From: Massalongia carnosa
Lineage: Eukaryota
Assembly (NCBI GenBank): GCA_965645245.1
Contig: OZ287078.1
Coordinates: 1,302,001 to 1,366,000, forward strand
DNA length: 64,000 bases
Direction of reading: 5' to 3'
Under the pieces are notes generated by a model. The model did no database searches and was not told where the DNA came from. It saw nothing but the letters and a program-made list of their open reading frames with translations. Positions 1 to 11,734 of this stretch are shown here, piece by piece (positions within the stretch are counted from its first letter, which is position 1; the number at the start of each line of letters is the position of its first letter). Both the position numbers and the translations under genes were made by a program.

Positions 1-1248
1 TTCTTCCGCCTGGTTTCGGCGCTGCTCCTCTTCGAGATGCGCCGCAGCCCGTTGCTCCCTTCTTTCCTTGACAATTTTCCAAATCTTCATTTGCGACATG
101 ACGCCCAGAAGGAACAGAATGATTATGCAAGCAATCTCGACTCGAATTCCACGCGTGATAGGATAAGGTTTATTGTAGTGAGGGGGGAGTAAATCAGCGT
201 TCAAATCCCAAAGATACAGCCAAAACTCTTTCAGCCCAGCCCGGCTAAAGCAGTCAACGCCAAGGATTATCACCGTTGCACCTGCAAACGATATGGATCC
301 AATAAGTCCATACGGGCGTGTGAAGTGGAGAAGATATAGGGCAAATGATCCCAAGGTAAAACTCGCAATCATAATCACTTTTCCAGCTGTGGAGGTGACG
401 AGACCGCCTGGCCTTAGAACTAGAAACCACATGCTCAAGGAAAACCCCCCGAGGAGGCATCCCAACCCCTCCGTGACATCAGCAAACATCACAGAGCCAC
501 CACCAAAAACAATGCCTGTTAGGATTGCTGCCACAACGTAGGCGCCTTGAATAGCCTTGCTAACCGGTGGATTCATTACATATATAATAAGGACCTATAC
601 GCTATCAGAAAATGACCAAAAGGTAGCCCGTCAACGATGACTACGACGTACCGTAACTGCGAGACCTGTCAAATATGCTGCGGAGAGAAAAATATGAAGC
701 CTTCAGCACCGTCAGCACCACAGGTATAGGCAGAGAGCGTCAGTCTTACCATTTCGTCTTAATTCCAATAAGAGTGTAAAATACACCGGTCAGGATGAGA
801 AACGCACCAGCCACCGAGAGTGCAGGAGTGATTCTTGGACGAATGGGAAGCCCATCAGGATTTGTATTTGTTGTACCTAGGCGAATTAGCATGTGCACGA
901 GTCATTAGACATGAGAAGAATATGCATACTATTGCCCGTGGAAACTACAGAGGGACTGGCAGTTGAACTGGTCACCAAAAAGGTTCCAGTGATGGAAGAT
1001 GGTGTTTTCGACGTCGCTTTGGCTAAGGCTGACGACAAGGAATTCGAAATCGTCTCTGAAGAGCCCGTCACGCTGGCCGACGTCGAAAGCGTGCCAAGGC
1101 TATCGTGTGTCGCGTCCCTACTCGACAACGTGGAAGCAGACACAGAGTCTCGACGAGGCAGAACTGGATATCGCTTTGCTGAGACCTCGGAACAGCTGAT
1201 TGCTGCTAGAGCAATCACCAAGGGAAAGTATTGCCATTGAGAACGCAT
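1..1248 (-). CDS. DUF4203 / TM7S3-TM198-like multi-pass membrane protein, 3' part beyond window start
   Basis: Signal peptide (MRSQWQYFPLVIALAAISC) and Ser/Thr-rich exon 1. Three short GT-AG introns (approx. 878-929, 700-749, 593-652). Spliced reading gives LPIRPRITPALSVAGAFLILTGVFYTLIGIKTKW..EGLGCLLGGFSLSMW..GVDCFSRAGLKEFWLYLW, and the frame stays open to base 1. Confidence 0.8.
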
Positions 1249-4200
1249 GTTGTCAACTCTTCAGTCCTCTTTTGCTTCATCGAAAGGTGCACGCCGATGC
1301 TCAGCCTCGCCAGACTCTCCAACACGTCCAGATGCTAATGCTCCCCAGAACCATATGGCGCTGACCAGGTCTGTAAGGAGGGCGTGAGCGACCGTTGAGA
1401 AAGGAAATGTGCGGGCTTACCAACGTCACGACCGCACCAACGTGACGACAGTACTCTTATGCGTGGAAAGTTGGAAAAGTCAAACGACAACGAAAATGCA
1501 GACTCAACGAGGATTTTCGTCAGGATCGGCGGACATATCGACGGACACATCAGAGAAATGGCGCTGGGAAACCCGGGGTGTCCTGCCATGCCCAGCAAAG
1601 AATTGGATGAGAGGATTCGGGGTCAAGGTTCGTTGCCAGCGTGCATGGGGCCTAGGAACCTGAACGCTGGAAAACTGGGTTCTATCAAATCAAAACACGC
1701 CCAGGACCCGAAGGCCGAAGGGGCTGACGGGTGGTTCGAACAAAACGAAATTGGCATTCGCGTTTGATGAGGGGGATTCGCCAGGAGCTAAGCTCAGCGT
1801 TCGTTCGTGATTCGAATCGACTTACTCCGTAGGTGCAAGATTGTTATTAGCTGTCATTTGGGGGATGTTGTTATTCTGGGCATGAAGTGTCGTTTAGTGG
1901 GAGCAATCGAACGATACGCTCGTAGAGTCCCAAAGCGGATGGTCCATATTGGTAATGAAATTAGTTTCGTATTGAATGCAACCCCGGTCGGTACTCTCGG
2001 TACTCCGTACCCTGTACATACAGAGTAGATCCTGTACCGAGTGCCCTGTGCTTAGTGCCCTGTGCAGAGTACTTACTCTCTGCTCGTAGATCCTGTTGAC
2101 AGCAGCTCTCATAAGCACCTTTGGTCCAGAGAGTAGCTTAACCGACCCCCAAATGCCCCCTTCCTCCTCCTCAACCCCCCCAACCGATCCTCCCACTTTC
2201 CACCCCTTGCGGTTTGTTATGCAGGGAACACACTCAACACTGCACACAACACCATGGAGAGCTGCGGCCTTGCACGGAGATGTGTCGGCAACGGATGCTC
2301 ATGCTCCTGCACTCTGTCCATCATATCGACATGGATGGGTCAAAGCTGCTGGCTGCACCATGCGATGCTTGCACTTGAAACCTCGGTGAACTGACGACCG
2401 AAACAATCAATCCAACATCAACCACTTCAACTTGATCATGTACCAATAAAATGTGCAGTGTACAGAGTACAGAGATTCTGCATCGATTTTGTGCATGACC
2501 CTTACACGCGACTCGCGACACGAAATGAACTGGGGAGGGAGTCCAAATACGTACCATGTACGGTACTCTGCACCTGCTATAGTAGGGAAGCCGAAATAGC
2601 TTCAGGGGCCTGAGTCCGGACTCCCGCGGGCGGGAAGCGAGGCTAGGTTAGCCATGATGATCGGAGGGAAATCCCCCGTGATTGACTCTTCCCTTTGTGG
2701 CGGTATCTTTGGGGAGATCTTAAGCTAGCTGTAAAGACCAAAGCTCGATATCCGCACTTATCTCGATCAGGCAAGGTGGGAGTTGGGCCGATATTGAAGA
2801 GGATTGGATTGCGTCCGCCACCATTTCCCCCCAGCTCCAGACTTCCCTACCATGTCCTTTTGAATGTTCAGGAATGCGTGGAAGAACTGGTGATGGTGCT
2901 GAAGCTCTTATACCTATCTATTGCCCATTGGATCCCAAAAAGGTAACGGTAAGGCCTGTGAATCCTACCGTGCACTCTGGACAGAGTAGGGTGCTCACCA
3001 TGGCAATTCAATAGGAACATGTACCGAGGGGCGCCCCGGCCCTGTCGTGTGCATTATCAAGATTCGCAGGCACGTCATGGAAGGAGATGTGGGCAGGGCT
3101 GCATTGATGAAGATTATCGAATCACTCATTGCCATCTGTTCGCCTTTACCGTCCTTGATAACTCTCAAGACAGAACCTAGTCGTGGCTAGTTGTTGTTGT
3201 ACAAAACGCTTTAGTTGCGTAGTTCATGCTGCCAGATGCACCGGCTTTCCCCACCACATAGCTTAGGAAAGGGCAAGCGTTGCATATCCCCCAGGCTCAG
3301 GCGGTCAATCAGACAAAAAAGGCAAGGGGGAAACGCATCGAGAAGAAACACAAGTGCCACCAGATCAAGAGTGGCAAAGTATCTAATGTGTGGGGATGGA
3401 TCATGTTTGAAGGGAATGTGAAACACGGATGACATAGTAGCTAGAACACCGCCTGATTCTGTGCATAAGTGATGCCAGCTTCTCGTACTGGTCACGGCCG
3501 TCATAGGATGGAATAAGGCTCTTACCTGAGTGGTGCGCCGCAATGATGGTCTCGTTAAAGCCATTGGTAGATTTTCTGGCGCCTTTTAACCCTGTGATCC
3601 CTAGTGCTGCTTTCTATTGGAGCGTTACGGCAACAACATACCGATGGCTGTCGTAGAAGCGGTAAAGTATATAAGAAATCCTTCACATCGGCCAAGCTGA
3701 AGATTTACCTCGGAACGTAGGCCTGAAACATTCACTGATTTCCAATCTCGAAATCCCAACAGGCATTGGGTTGCGGGCAGCGTCATTGGTCTCCTAAGCC
3801 AACGTTGGCTGTTAAGTAGTCAATGAAAGTTCGTTCAGGGGAAGGGGCATCGGACAACTGCCTAGAAAGCCTACTTGCTGTTTAGAATCTCGCACTGGTA
3901 ATAAGATTTATGTAGTATGTTGATGGTGAAGAAAGTTGATCGTTTCTGTTAGAGTATGGAACAGCAAATCATCCGTCCTAAAGTACTTAGGTAGACAGGC
4001 ATCGCTTCATGATTAGAGCTTTTTGAGATAGTCCACGGCATACGAATAGGAATAATATCATTATGTCTCTTCGCGTAATACAGTTCTCACGCTGGACGGG
4101 CCATTCTCTTCCTCTGGGATTTCGCTAGCTTGGCATTGATGCATCGCAGAACGTATCTCAAGAGGCAGTTTCATCAACAAGAATAACAAGACACCCACTC

Positions 4201-4635
4201 CTGTTGACAGCCTTTAGTAAGACGGACGTCGTGACATCGGTCGTCGAGAAGCAAAAGCTTCATGTTCTTGCTTTTTAAGTTACAACTACGCAGATTAAAA
4301 GCATAAACCACTACTCTAGGATAGTGAGATAACAGCGTATCTAAAATGAAATATCTAGCACTCATTTAACCACCATGAATTTTTTGAATCGATAGAAGGC
4401 GAGTTCGGGTTTCTCTAGATAGGATTTCCTAGTCTGAAGCCAGCAGAATTATCAGATAAACAACGTTGATGCTCGTCATAGCATTAGAAGATTCTGATTC
4501 GCCCATTCCATTTCGCTAGCTTAGGTAAGAATCTGCACTCAGCCCACAGCCGCAATCTCCTGAACTTCGGAAAAAATCCAAATCCGCGATCAGCACGCCA
4601 ACTTATTTCATTCTCTTTGCTCCAAATCTCAAACA

Positions 4636-5312
4636 ATGTCCCTCGCCTCCCTCCGCCCCATCTTCCGACCGGCCATCCGCTCCGCTCTGTTCCACCGCAC
4701 CTTTTCCACCACACCTTCACTCGGGCTCACAAGGATCACGATCATCGGAAGACTGGCTGGAACACCTGAAGTTTCCAACGCGAACGGGACTGACATAATT
4801 CGATACGCGATCGCGACCAGCCATGGATCTAGGGATCACAGGCAGACCAGCTGGTGGCGCGTGACTGCGTTCATAAAGGAGGGACCGATAAGAGATATGG
4901 TATTGAACTTGAGCAAGGGGTGGGTATTTCTTTTGCTGCTGGGGATTCTTGGATAGGCGCGGGGGGGGGGCGCCACTTCTGAGCTTTCGTGTTTGGGTTT
5001 GGCAGGCTGATGCGCTGTGAGAACAGGTCGCGAATATATGTGGAAGGAGAGCCGAGCATAAACAAATACCTCGATAAGGATGGAAATCAACAATCGAGCT
5101 TGAAGATTATACAGCGTAAGTGCAGTACAAGAGAACCTGGGAGATTGGGTTTGGGCCTAAAGTTCACTAAGCTAATGTGTCGTTGAATTTCAGGACATAT
5201 TTATATTGTGGAAAGGAGAGGTGAAGGGGAGGCTAATGCAGTGGTGGAAGGAGGCCCTGAAGGAGAGGCTGATGCAGCGATGGAAGGAGCCCCTGAAGGC
5301 GAGACGCCCTAG
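4636..5312 (+). CDS. RIM1: Mitochondrial single-stranded DNA-binding protein (SSB/OB fold)
   Basis: Arg/Ser-rich presequence, then ITIIGRLAGTPE..YAIATSHG..TSWWRVTAF..LSKG/SRIYVEG. Introns approx. 4920-5027 and 5116-5193; stop TAG 5310-5312. Confidence 0.88.
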
Positions 5313-5560
5313 CGAGGCATTTTTGTTCTATGTGTAGGGACTAGGGTGGACAGAGCTGCCGGGTCAGGAAAACTCGAATTCTGGAAACATGATACCGTTC
5401 TGCTCGATGTTGACGGGGCATATTCACCATGATGGAAGGAATTGTATAGTATGCTCCGCTGTTACACTATTAAAAGGGAATTTTTTAAAATATTGGAAGG
5501 ATTTCTGTTTGCGCGGGTATTAGGCTTCTGTTAAGAATTTTCCAATATGAGAAAAATGTT

Positions 5561-6805
5561 TCAAAGCTGGAATTTTGTCCGTTGCTTTTCCATTGACCCT
5601 TTCCATTTCCATTCTTGACCGCTGGCCCGCTGAACTCCCTTGTCTATCCGCCGAAGCTTCAAAGTGAACCTGGGACCAAGCTCTTGCAAGCTCGCACGTA
5701 TGCCTTCGACCCCCTTGACCTCCTTGCCGTCAGGTCCAATCACATTCTTCTCCGTGGCCCGCTTTTCTCGAAAAACATATCTATGCCTTCTCAAGAAAAT
5801 GTAGTCCCGTTGATTATGAAGGGTCACAACTTGACGGCCCTGAAGCTCTGGTTGAGGAGGGAACATTGTGCGGAACAAATGAGCGGTCAAAAGACCTAAC
5901 GGCGTACGGAAATTATTCAAGATCAGCTCCGGTGTATGGTTTGTAGGATTTCCATGCCCAGGCAGCTTCTTTCCTTCTACCCAGTTTGAGATTGAAAAGT
6001 GAAAAGTAGGCCCATGAGGTAAGTGCACAAAGGTAAGCCCAGTAGGCTTCTTCTGATCTTCTTTGAGTACGAGCATGGCCGTGTAATTACGGTTCGATGC
6101 AAAGGAAGATATCTCACGCACGGAGAACTTGTGGCTGTAGCGATGAGCAGATCGTGGTATATACACGCTGTGAGGGAAAAGAGTGGTCAGAAGCTGTGCC
6201 TCATGGTGAAGATTTGAATTGAGGGAGGTTGTGATAAGGATCTTCGGGATCGGTGGATTTTCGATCCTAAATAAGGTGGGGAATCTAGCGGCTAATGCTT
6301 CTGGCGTCAGATCCAAATTTGTGCTTATTGTGGAATGCGTTGGACTTGTTGCTCTTTCTGTGGCGCCCCTAGTCTGTGACCCTTTTGGAGGATGCTCCTC
6401 TTCCTCCTCCTCAAAGTCACTCGCGGAATCAATCATGCTATCCTGGTCCCCATCCAAGCATCTAGGCACATTTTTATCAATGTCCGCCTGGCAGGCGTCC
6501 CCCTCCAGCCTTTGCCGCTTCAGCCGTTCAGTATCCACGCTCACCCCAAGCAAACTATCAGCATCCCTATCAACTTCATCCCAAACTCTTTTCCTCTCCA
6601 ATGTCAGAGGTATATTTTGCTTCAGTCGGTTATCCCGCAGAGCTGGCTCTTTATCTTCCTCTCGTCGCCGGCGAAAGCGTTCGTCGCGTTTAACGCTATC
6701 CTGGGCCTTCTTCCGGTTAATATGAAGCTTTTGGCGCTTCTCTTTATTTGTAGTTTTGAACGGCAAGGAAGCTTTGGGAGATGGCTTGAATTTTTTGGAC
6801 GCCAT
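5561..6805 (-). CDS. RPF1: Brix-domain ribosome biogenesis factor Rpf1
   Basis: 414-aa single-exon ORF with PKILITTS, HLPHGPTFHFSISN, PELILNNFRTPLG, QGRQVVTLHNQRDYIFLRRHRY and LQELGPRFTLKL. Confidence 0.93.
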   Translation of the reverse strand: MASKKFKPSPKASLPFKTTNKEKRQKLHINRKKAQDSVKRDERFRRRREEDKEPALRDNRLKQNIPLTLERKRVWDEVDRDADSLLGVSVDTERLKRQRLEGDACQADIDKNVPRCLDGDQDSMIDSASDFEEEEEEHPPKGSQTRGATERATSPTHSTISTNLDLTPEALAARFPTLFRIENPPIPKILITTSLNSNLHHEAQLLTTLFPHSVYIPRSAHRYSHKFSVREISSFASNRNYTAMLVLKEDQKKPTGLTFVHLPHGPTFHFSISNWVEGKKLPGHGNPTNHTPELILNNFRTPLGLLTAHLFRTMFPPQPELQGRQVVTLHNQRDYIFLRRHRYVFREKRATEKNVIGPDGKEVKGVEGIRASLQELGPRFTLKLRRIDKGVQRASGQEWKWKGSMEKQRTKFQL

Positions 6806-7048
6806 ATGTTAAGCAATCTCTGTTGATTGACAAGTACAGAGTACAAATCTATGCTAAACTGCGCTGTGCGGAATTAAGTAATACCCTTGCATGAAGGCTT
6901 GTAGCCTTATAGGGTTGTAGGGTACTAACTAGCTCACCAGCCGAAATCAACAATAAGCCACATTTGGAGCATATGATTCAATGAGTTTCAAACTCTTGCG
7001 AGACGAAAACGAAGGGTTTCAACAGTATCTCCAGCTGCAACAACGTAT

Positions 7049-9203
7049 ATGCGTCTATTGTGTGGACTCTCACGCTCCTTTGTTCAATCGAAGAAAAATT
7101 TCAAGCTATTAATCAATAACTCTAGGGCACTTTCCACCAGCACCATCTACAATAAATATCAGCTGCCTAAACTTGACGCTACTATGGCTTCTTCAACAAC
7201 GATGACTGGCCAAGCGCTAGACAGGCCCGCTCTCGATTCGCTTCTTCGTCGACGTTTGTTCTATACACCAGCCTTCGAGATCTATGGGGGTGTGTCCGGT
7301 CTCTACGACTATGGCCCTCCCGGGTGCTCATTACAAGCAAATATCATCGATACATGGCGGAAACACTTTGTTTTGGAAGAAGACATGCTTGAGGTGGATT
7401 GCACAATGTTAACCCCTCATGAAGTGTTGAAAACGAGTGGTCATGTCGATAAGTTTGCAGATTGGATGTGCAAAGACCCCAAGAGCGGGGAGATATTTCG
7501 GGCAGACCACTTAGTGGAAGAAGTCTTGCAATCACGGCTCAATGGCAATAAAGAGGCTATGGGCCAGAAAGTGGAGGTCGACGAGGAGAAGGATGCTAAG
7601 AGGAAGAAGAAAGTGAAGGAGACTAAGGCTATGAAGCTTAATGATTCGGTGGTCAAAGAATACGAAGAAATACTTGCTCGGATTGACAATTACAATGGTG
7701 ATGAGCTCGGGCTACTAATCACTAAACATGGGATCAAAAATCCCGTTACCGGCGGTAGTCTTCTTCCGCCTGTTGCGTTCAATCTTATGTTTCAAACATC
7801 AATTGGGCCCAGCAGTAATCTCGCCGGGTATTTACGGCCAGAGACAGCTCAAGGCCAGTTCTTAACATTCCAAAAGCTTCTCGAATTCAATCAACAGTCC
7901 ATGCCTTTCGCCTCTGCTTGCATCGGTAAATCTTTTCGTAACGAGATTTCCCCACGTTCAGGCTTGCTCAGGGTACGAGAATTTCTGATGGCTGAGATTG
8001 AGCATTTTGTGGATCCCCAAGGCGGCAAGAAACATCCTCGGTTCCACGAGGTAAAGGATATTGAACTTGTCCTACTTGACCGCAAGGTACAGCTTGAAGG
8101 TCGCACCGATGTGAAGAAACTCACAATAGGGGATGCGGTAGCGACACGACTGGTGGACAGTGAGTCTTTGGGTTATTTCATTGCAAGGATACATCTCTTC
8201 TTAAATAGATTAGGTATTGATCAGGAGAAGGTGCGGTTCAGACAGCATATGGCGAATGAGATGGCGCATTATGCAGCTGATTGCTGGGATGCTGAGCTGT
8301 TTACAAGCTATGGTTGGATTGAATGCGTTGGGTGCGCCGATCGCAGTGCATATGATCTCACCGTTCATTCGAAAAAGACTGGTGCACCATTGTGTGTGAG
8401 GGAGAAGTTGAGCGAACCCTTGAAGATTGAAGAATGGGTCATTGATCTAGAAAAAAAGAAATTCGGCCCAAAATTCAAAAAGGACGGGAAAGCCGTTGAG
8501 GCAGCCGTCGATGCGCTGGCGCAGGATCTTCGGGAGAAACTGTCGCTGGATCTTGCCGAGAACGGTAAAATAGAGATCGATGTACCGGGTGTTGGGAATG
8601 GTAAGGTGGAAATCAATCGAGACTTGATCACGATTGAGAAGCGCATAAGAGTTGAGCGCATCAGAGAGTATACCCCGAACGTGATCGAACCGGCTTTTGG
8701 GATTGGAAGAATACTTTATAGTTTGTTAGAACATGTGTATTGGACACGGGAGGGTAGCGAAGAACGAGGAGTGCGTCCTGTGCGAGGAGCATCGGTGCCA
8801 CAGCTAAGAGCATAAATAGGTTCTTTCTTTCCCTCCGCCCATCGCGCCAACCAAGGTGTTGATCGTCCCTCTTTCCAGTCATCCCGACTTCAAACCATTA
8901 GTCCACCGACTAGGCCAAAAACTTCGTCAGCTTGGGATATCGAACCGTGTAGACGACTCGTCAGCATCGATTGGCAAGCGGTATGCAAGGAATGATGAGC
9001 TGGGCACCCCGCTCGGCATCACGGTTGACTTTCAATCTGTCAAAGATAACAGCTTCACCCTTCGAGATCGCGATAGCACAAAGCAGGTACGATCAGATGA
9101 CGACACCATATGCAGCGCCATCAAAAGTATTGTAGAAGGGCAGAAAACGTGGAAAGAGGTGCAGAAGGAATTACCCAAGTTCACGCAGCAGGAGACTGAC
9201 TGA
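7049..9203 (+). CDS. GRS1: Glycyl-tRNA synthetase (class II), cytosolic/mitochondrial
   Basis: YDYGPPG, YLRPETAQGQF, FRNEISPRSGLLRVREF, GWIECVGCADRS and an anticodon domain (SIGKRYARNDELG). The 49-nt intron 8771-8819 joins the two ORFs in frame (ERG/VLSFPP). Confidence 0.97.
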
Positions 9204-10248
9204 AGCTCCTTGCTTCCCGGAGGAATGAGGCCTTGAACCTCTTTTCTGTGTGATTTACTTCCGATACCCTCGATGCATGACAGGAAACAATACCCTCTTG
9301 AGCCGAACGGTGGCGGATAGAGATAAGGATATGTTCGTAGAATATGTGGCAGACATGCCCAGCGCATGTTAAGCCCAACGTCCAGGTCTTGCGACGTCGG
9401 TGATACCATCACGATCTTGATGGCCAGAGAAACGCCCAAGGGTAGTTATAGATCTGATTTTCAATTGATCGGATGACTTGCTCTCCAATCTCGCTGTACC
9501 GCTGGGTTCATGACTAGTAATGAAACGTATAGGTGACGTGTGAAGCAAACGCGCTTCAGTCCGGATGAGTTCCCAACCTACAATTCTCGCTAGTTACATT
9601 TGGTACCCTTGTACCTCGACCAATGACTCCACTCCGTCTAAAGAACAGCCGTCTATTGATGGTGCGCATATGCAAAAAGGGAGCAGCAGCTGGGTCTCCA
9701 GGGATTTCCGAAGCACGAATTAGACTCTCATGGGTCGAATGGTTGAAATGCGGTGAACTCGAAGATACGAATTTACCATCAATTACCGACTTGCCATTCT
9801 ACCTTCCCACTACTGCACAGTGTGCCACCGGTGTATATGCATGAGGTCAGAACTCTATGGAAATAATAAATAATAATAATAAAAGGGGAGTTACCGTATC
9901 CGCGGGCCCGCTTGGAGTTTAGATACCTGGGCCTTCAATTCTTTTTCTGAGATCACACTGCTCTCCGGGGATTAACTTCTCATATCTCATCATTTTCATA
10001 AGGGGTTGAGTTGTTCCATCTAATACATTCCTTTTTTTACAACTGTACAGTGCCCTGTGTCTCTCTTTGTTCTATTATTCCTTGCTGCGGAAACCGTGAA
10101 GCTCAGCCATTCGCTGCTAAAGATTTCTTGTCTGCGATCGACCACGAGTGCTGCTATCAATTACCCAAATGCCATTGTCAATGTCGGCACTTTACTCACC
10201 ACTCGCCATTTTCACGTTGCAAGCCCATTCCAAAAACCTTGGCAGTTT

Positions 10249-11315
10249 ATGGCTTCAACTATAGAGGTAGACGAACAGGATGCGCTTGTTGATGACGGAA
10301 ACGGTAAGACAACTGATGAAGCGGTGCTGAGAAGATCCTTGGAGTCGGAAACGCACTCAGAGTCGGAAAAATCCCAGTGAGCTTGCTCGTCAGAATTAGA
10401 GGGTTCGGTGCGTTCCACGCTAATGGTGTTAGAAACTCCACCAAGTCATTTACAGGTAGTGCCCTTGAGCAACATTTCGAGAATGGTCGGCGCTATTGCA
10501 GCGAGTCCTACTACATGCCTAACGACGATGAAGAACAGACACGCCTTGCCGTCACGCATCAAGCCTTCCTACTTATTCTAAACGGAAGCCTCACGCTATC
10601 TCGCGTCCTTCCAAATGTTTCAAGAATATTGGATATAGGGACGGGTACAGGGGACTGGGCAATAGCCATGGGCGAACGGTTTCCCAACGCAGAAATTATT
10701 GCTACTGATATTAGTGTTTGCCCATCCACGGATGTGCCACCCAACGTTTTCTTTGAGGTCGACGATGCGCAGGAAGAATGGACATATACAGAGCCTTTCG
10801 ACTTCATTCATATCCGTGGCCTCACCGGCGCTTTCCGAGAGTGGACCACCATCTACGCTGGGGTGTTTAAGCACCTACGAACTGGCTGCTACTTTGAGAT
10901 TGCAGATTTTGGCCCCATTACCTTGACGGAGAGCATACCCAATTCTTACTTGAGCATTTTCAATGCAGCATGTCAGTCGGCGGCCGAGAAGGCTGGAACT
11001 CCCATAGGTCTGGATCACCTCAAGAGGCCTGTATTAGAGTCTGTTGGCTTGGGCGTAGTAAAATCAAAGGTGTATGAGGTTCCTCTTGGTAGCTGGTCTC
11101 CAGATCCTCGAAAAAAGGTGGCGGGCAAAATGGCATTGATCTCAACACTTGAGGCTTTGGAAGCGACGAGTCTACGTCTCCTAACGAAGGAGCTATCATG
11201 GAAGGAAGAAGATGTAAGGGACCTATGTGAAAAAGTTAAGGAGGAGGTTATGAGACCAGGAGTTTGTGCTTTTGTCCAATGCCACTTCGTGGTTGCCCGA
11301 AAACTTTTCGCTTGA
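10249..11315 (+). CDS. SAM-dependent methyltransferase (LaeA-like/TAM family)
   Basis: ENGRRY..YYMPNDDEEQTRL, ILDIGTGTGDWAI, PPNVFFEVDD, FDFIHIR. Intron 10377-10432 joins exon 1 (MASTIEVDE) in frame. Confidence 0.9.
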
Positions 11316-11734
11316 AGCTCTTGATGCACTTGGCAAGGAAAATATTCGATCTGATCCACATTCATGCACGCACGATGGAGAGCAGCTGCATTGGGCTGAG
11401 TTTTCTAGGATTAATACGGGATCATGCATGGTGGGGGATCTACCTAGGGGATTTGCCTTGAGATGAGACGGTTTAACGTCATAGTGGAGGTCTGGGTAAT
11501 GATTTATTGCTTTCTGATGTACGATTTAGTAGGTCATCTAGGTAGCTATCAAACATACGACAGTTTGAACAAGTGATGAGAAGCTCTTAGTTAGCTCTAG
11601 CTGGGGGTTAAGGTATTGTTAAGTTTTACCCCTGAGGATGCGACAACAGAAAACCTTCCGCTCCGGTCCCCCATCGTTTGTAAACGTCCTGACCATCCAG
11701 GTAGCCACCTATCAAAAGACCAACTCTCTCATTC

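Noticed and set aside
121..240. Suspected frameshift at a G6 run in the DUF4203 gene
   Set aside because: Re-translation shows the frame is intact (DLLPPHYNKPYPITRG).
3575..3600. GCCTTTTAAC resembling U5 loop 1, and TAACCCT resembling a telomerase template
   Set aside because: The loop sequence is imperfect with no flanking stem; the template-like match is too short.
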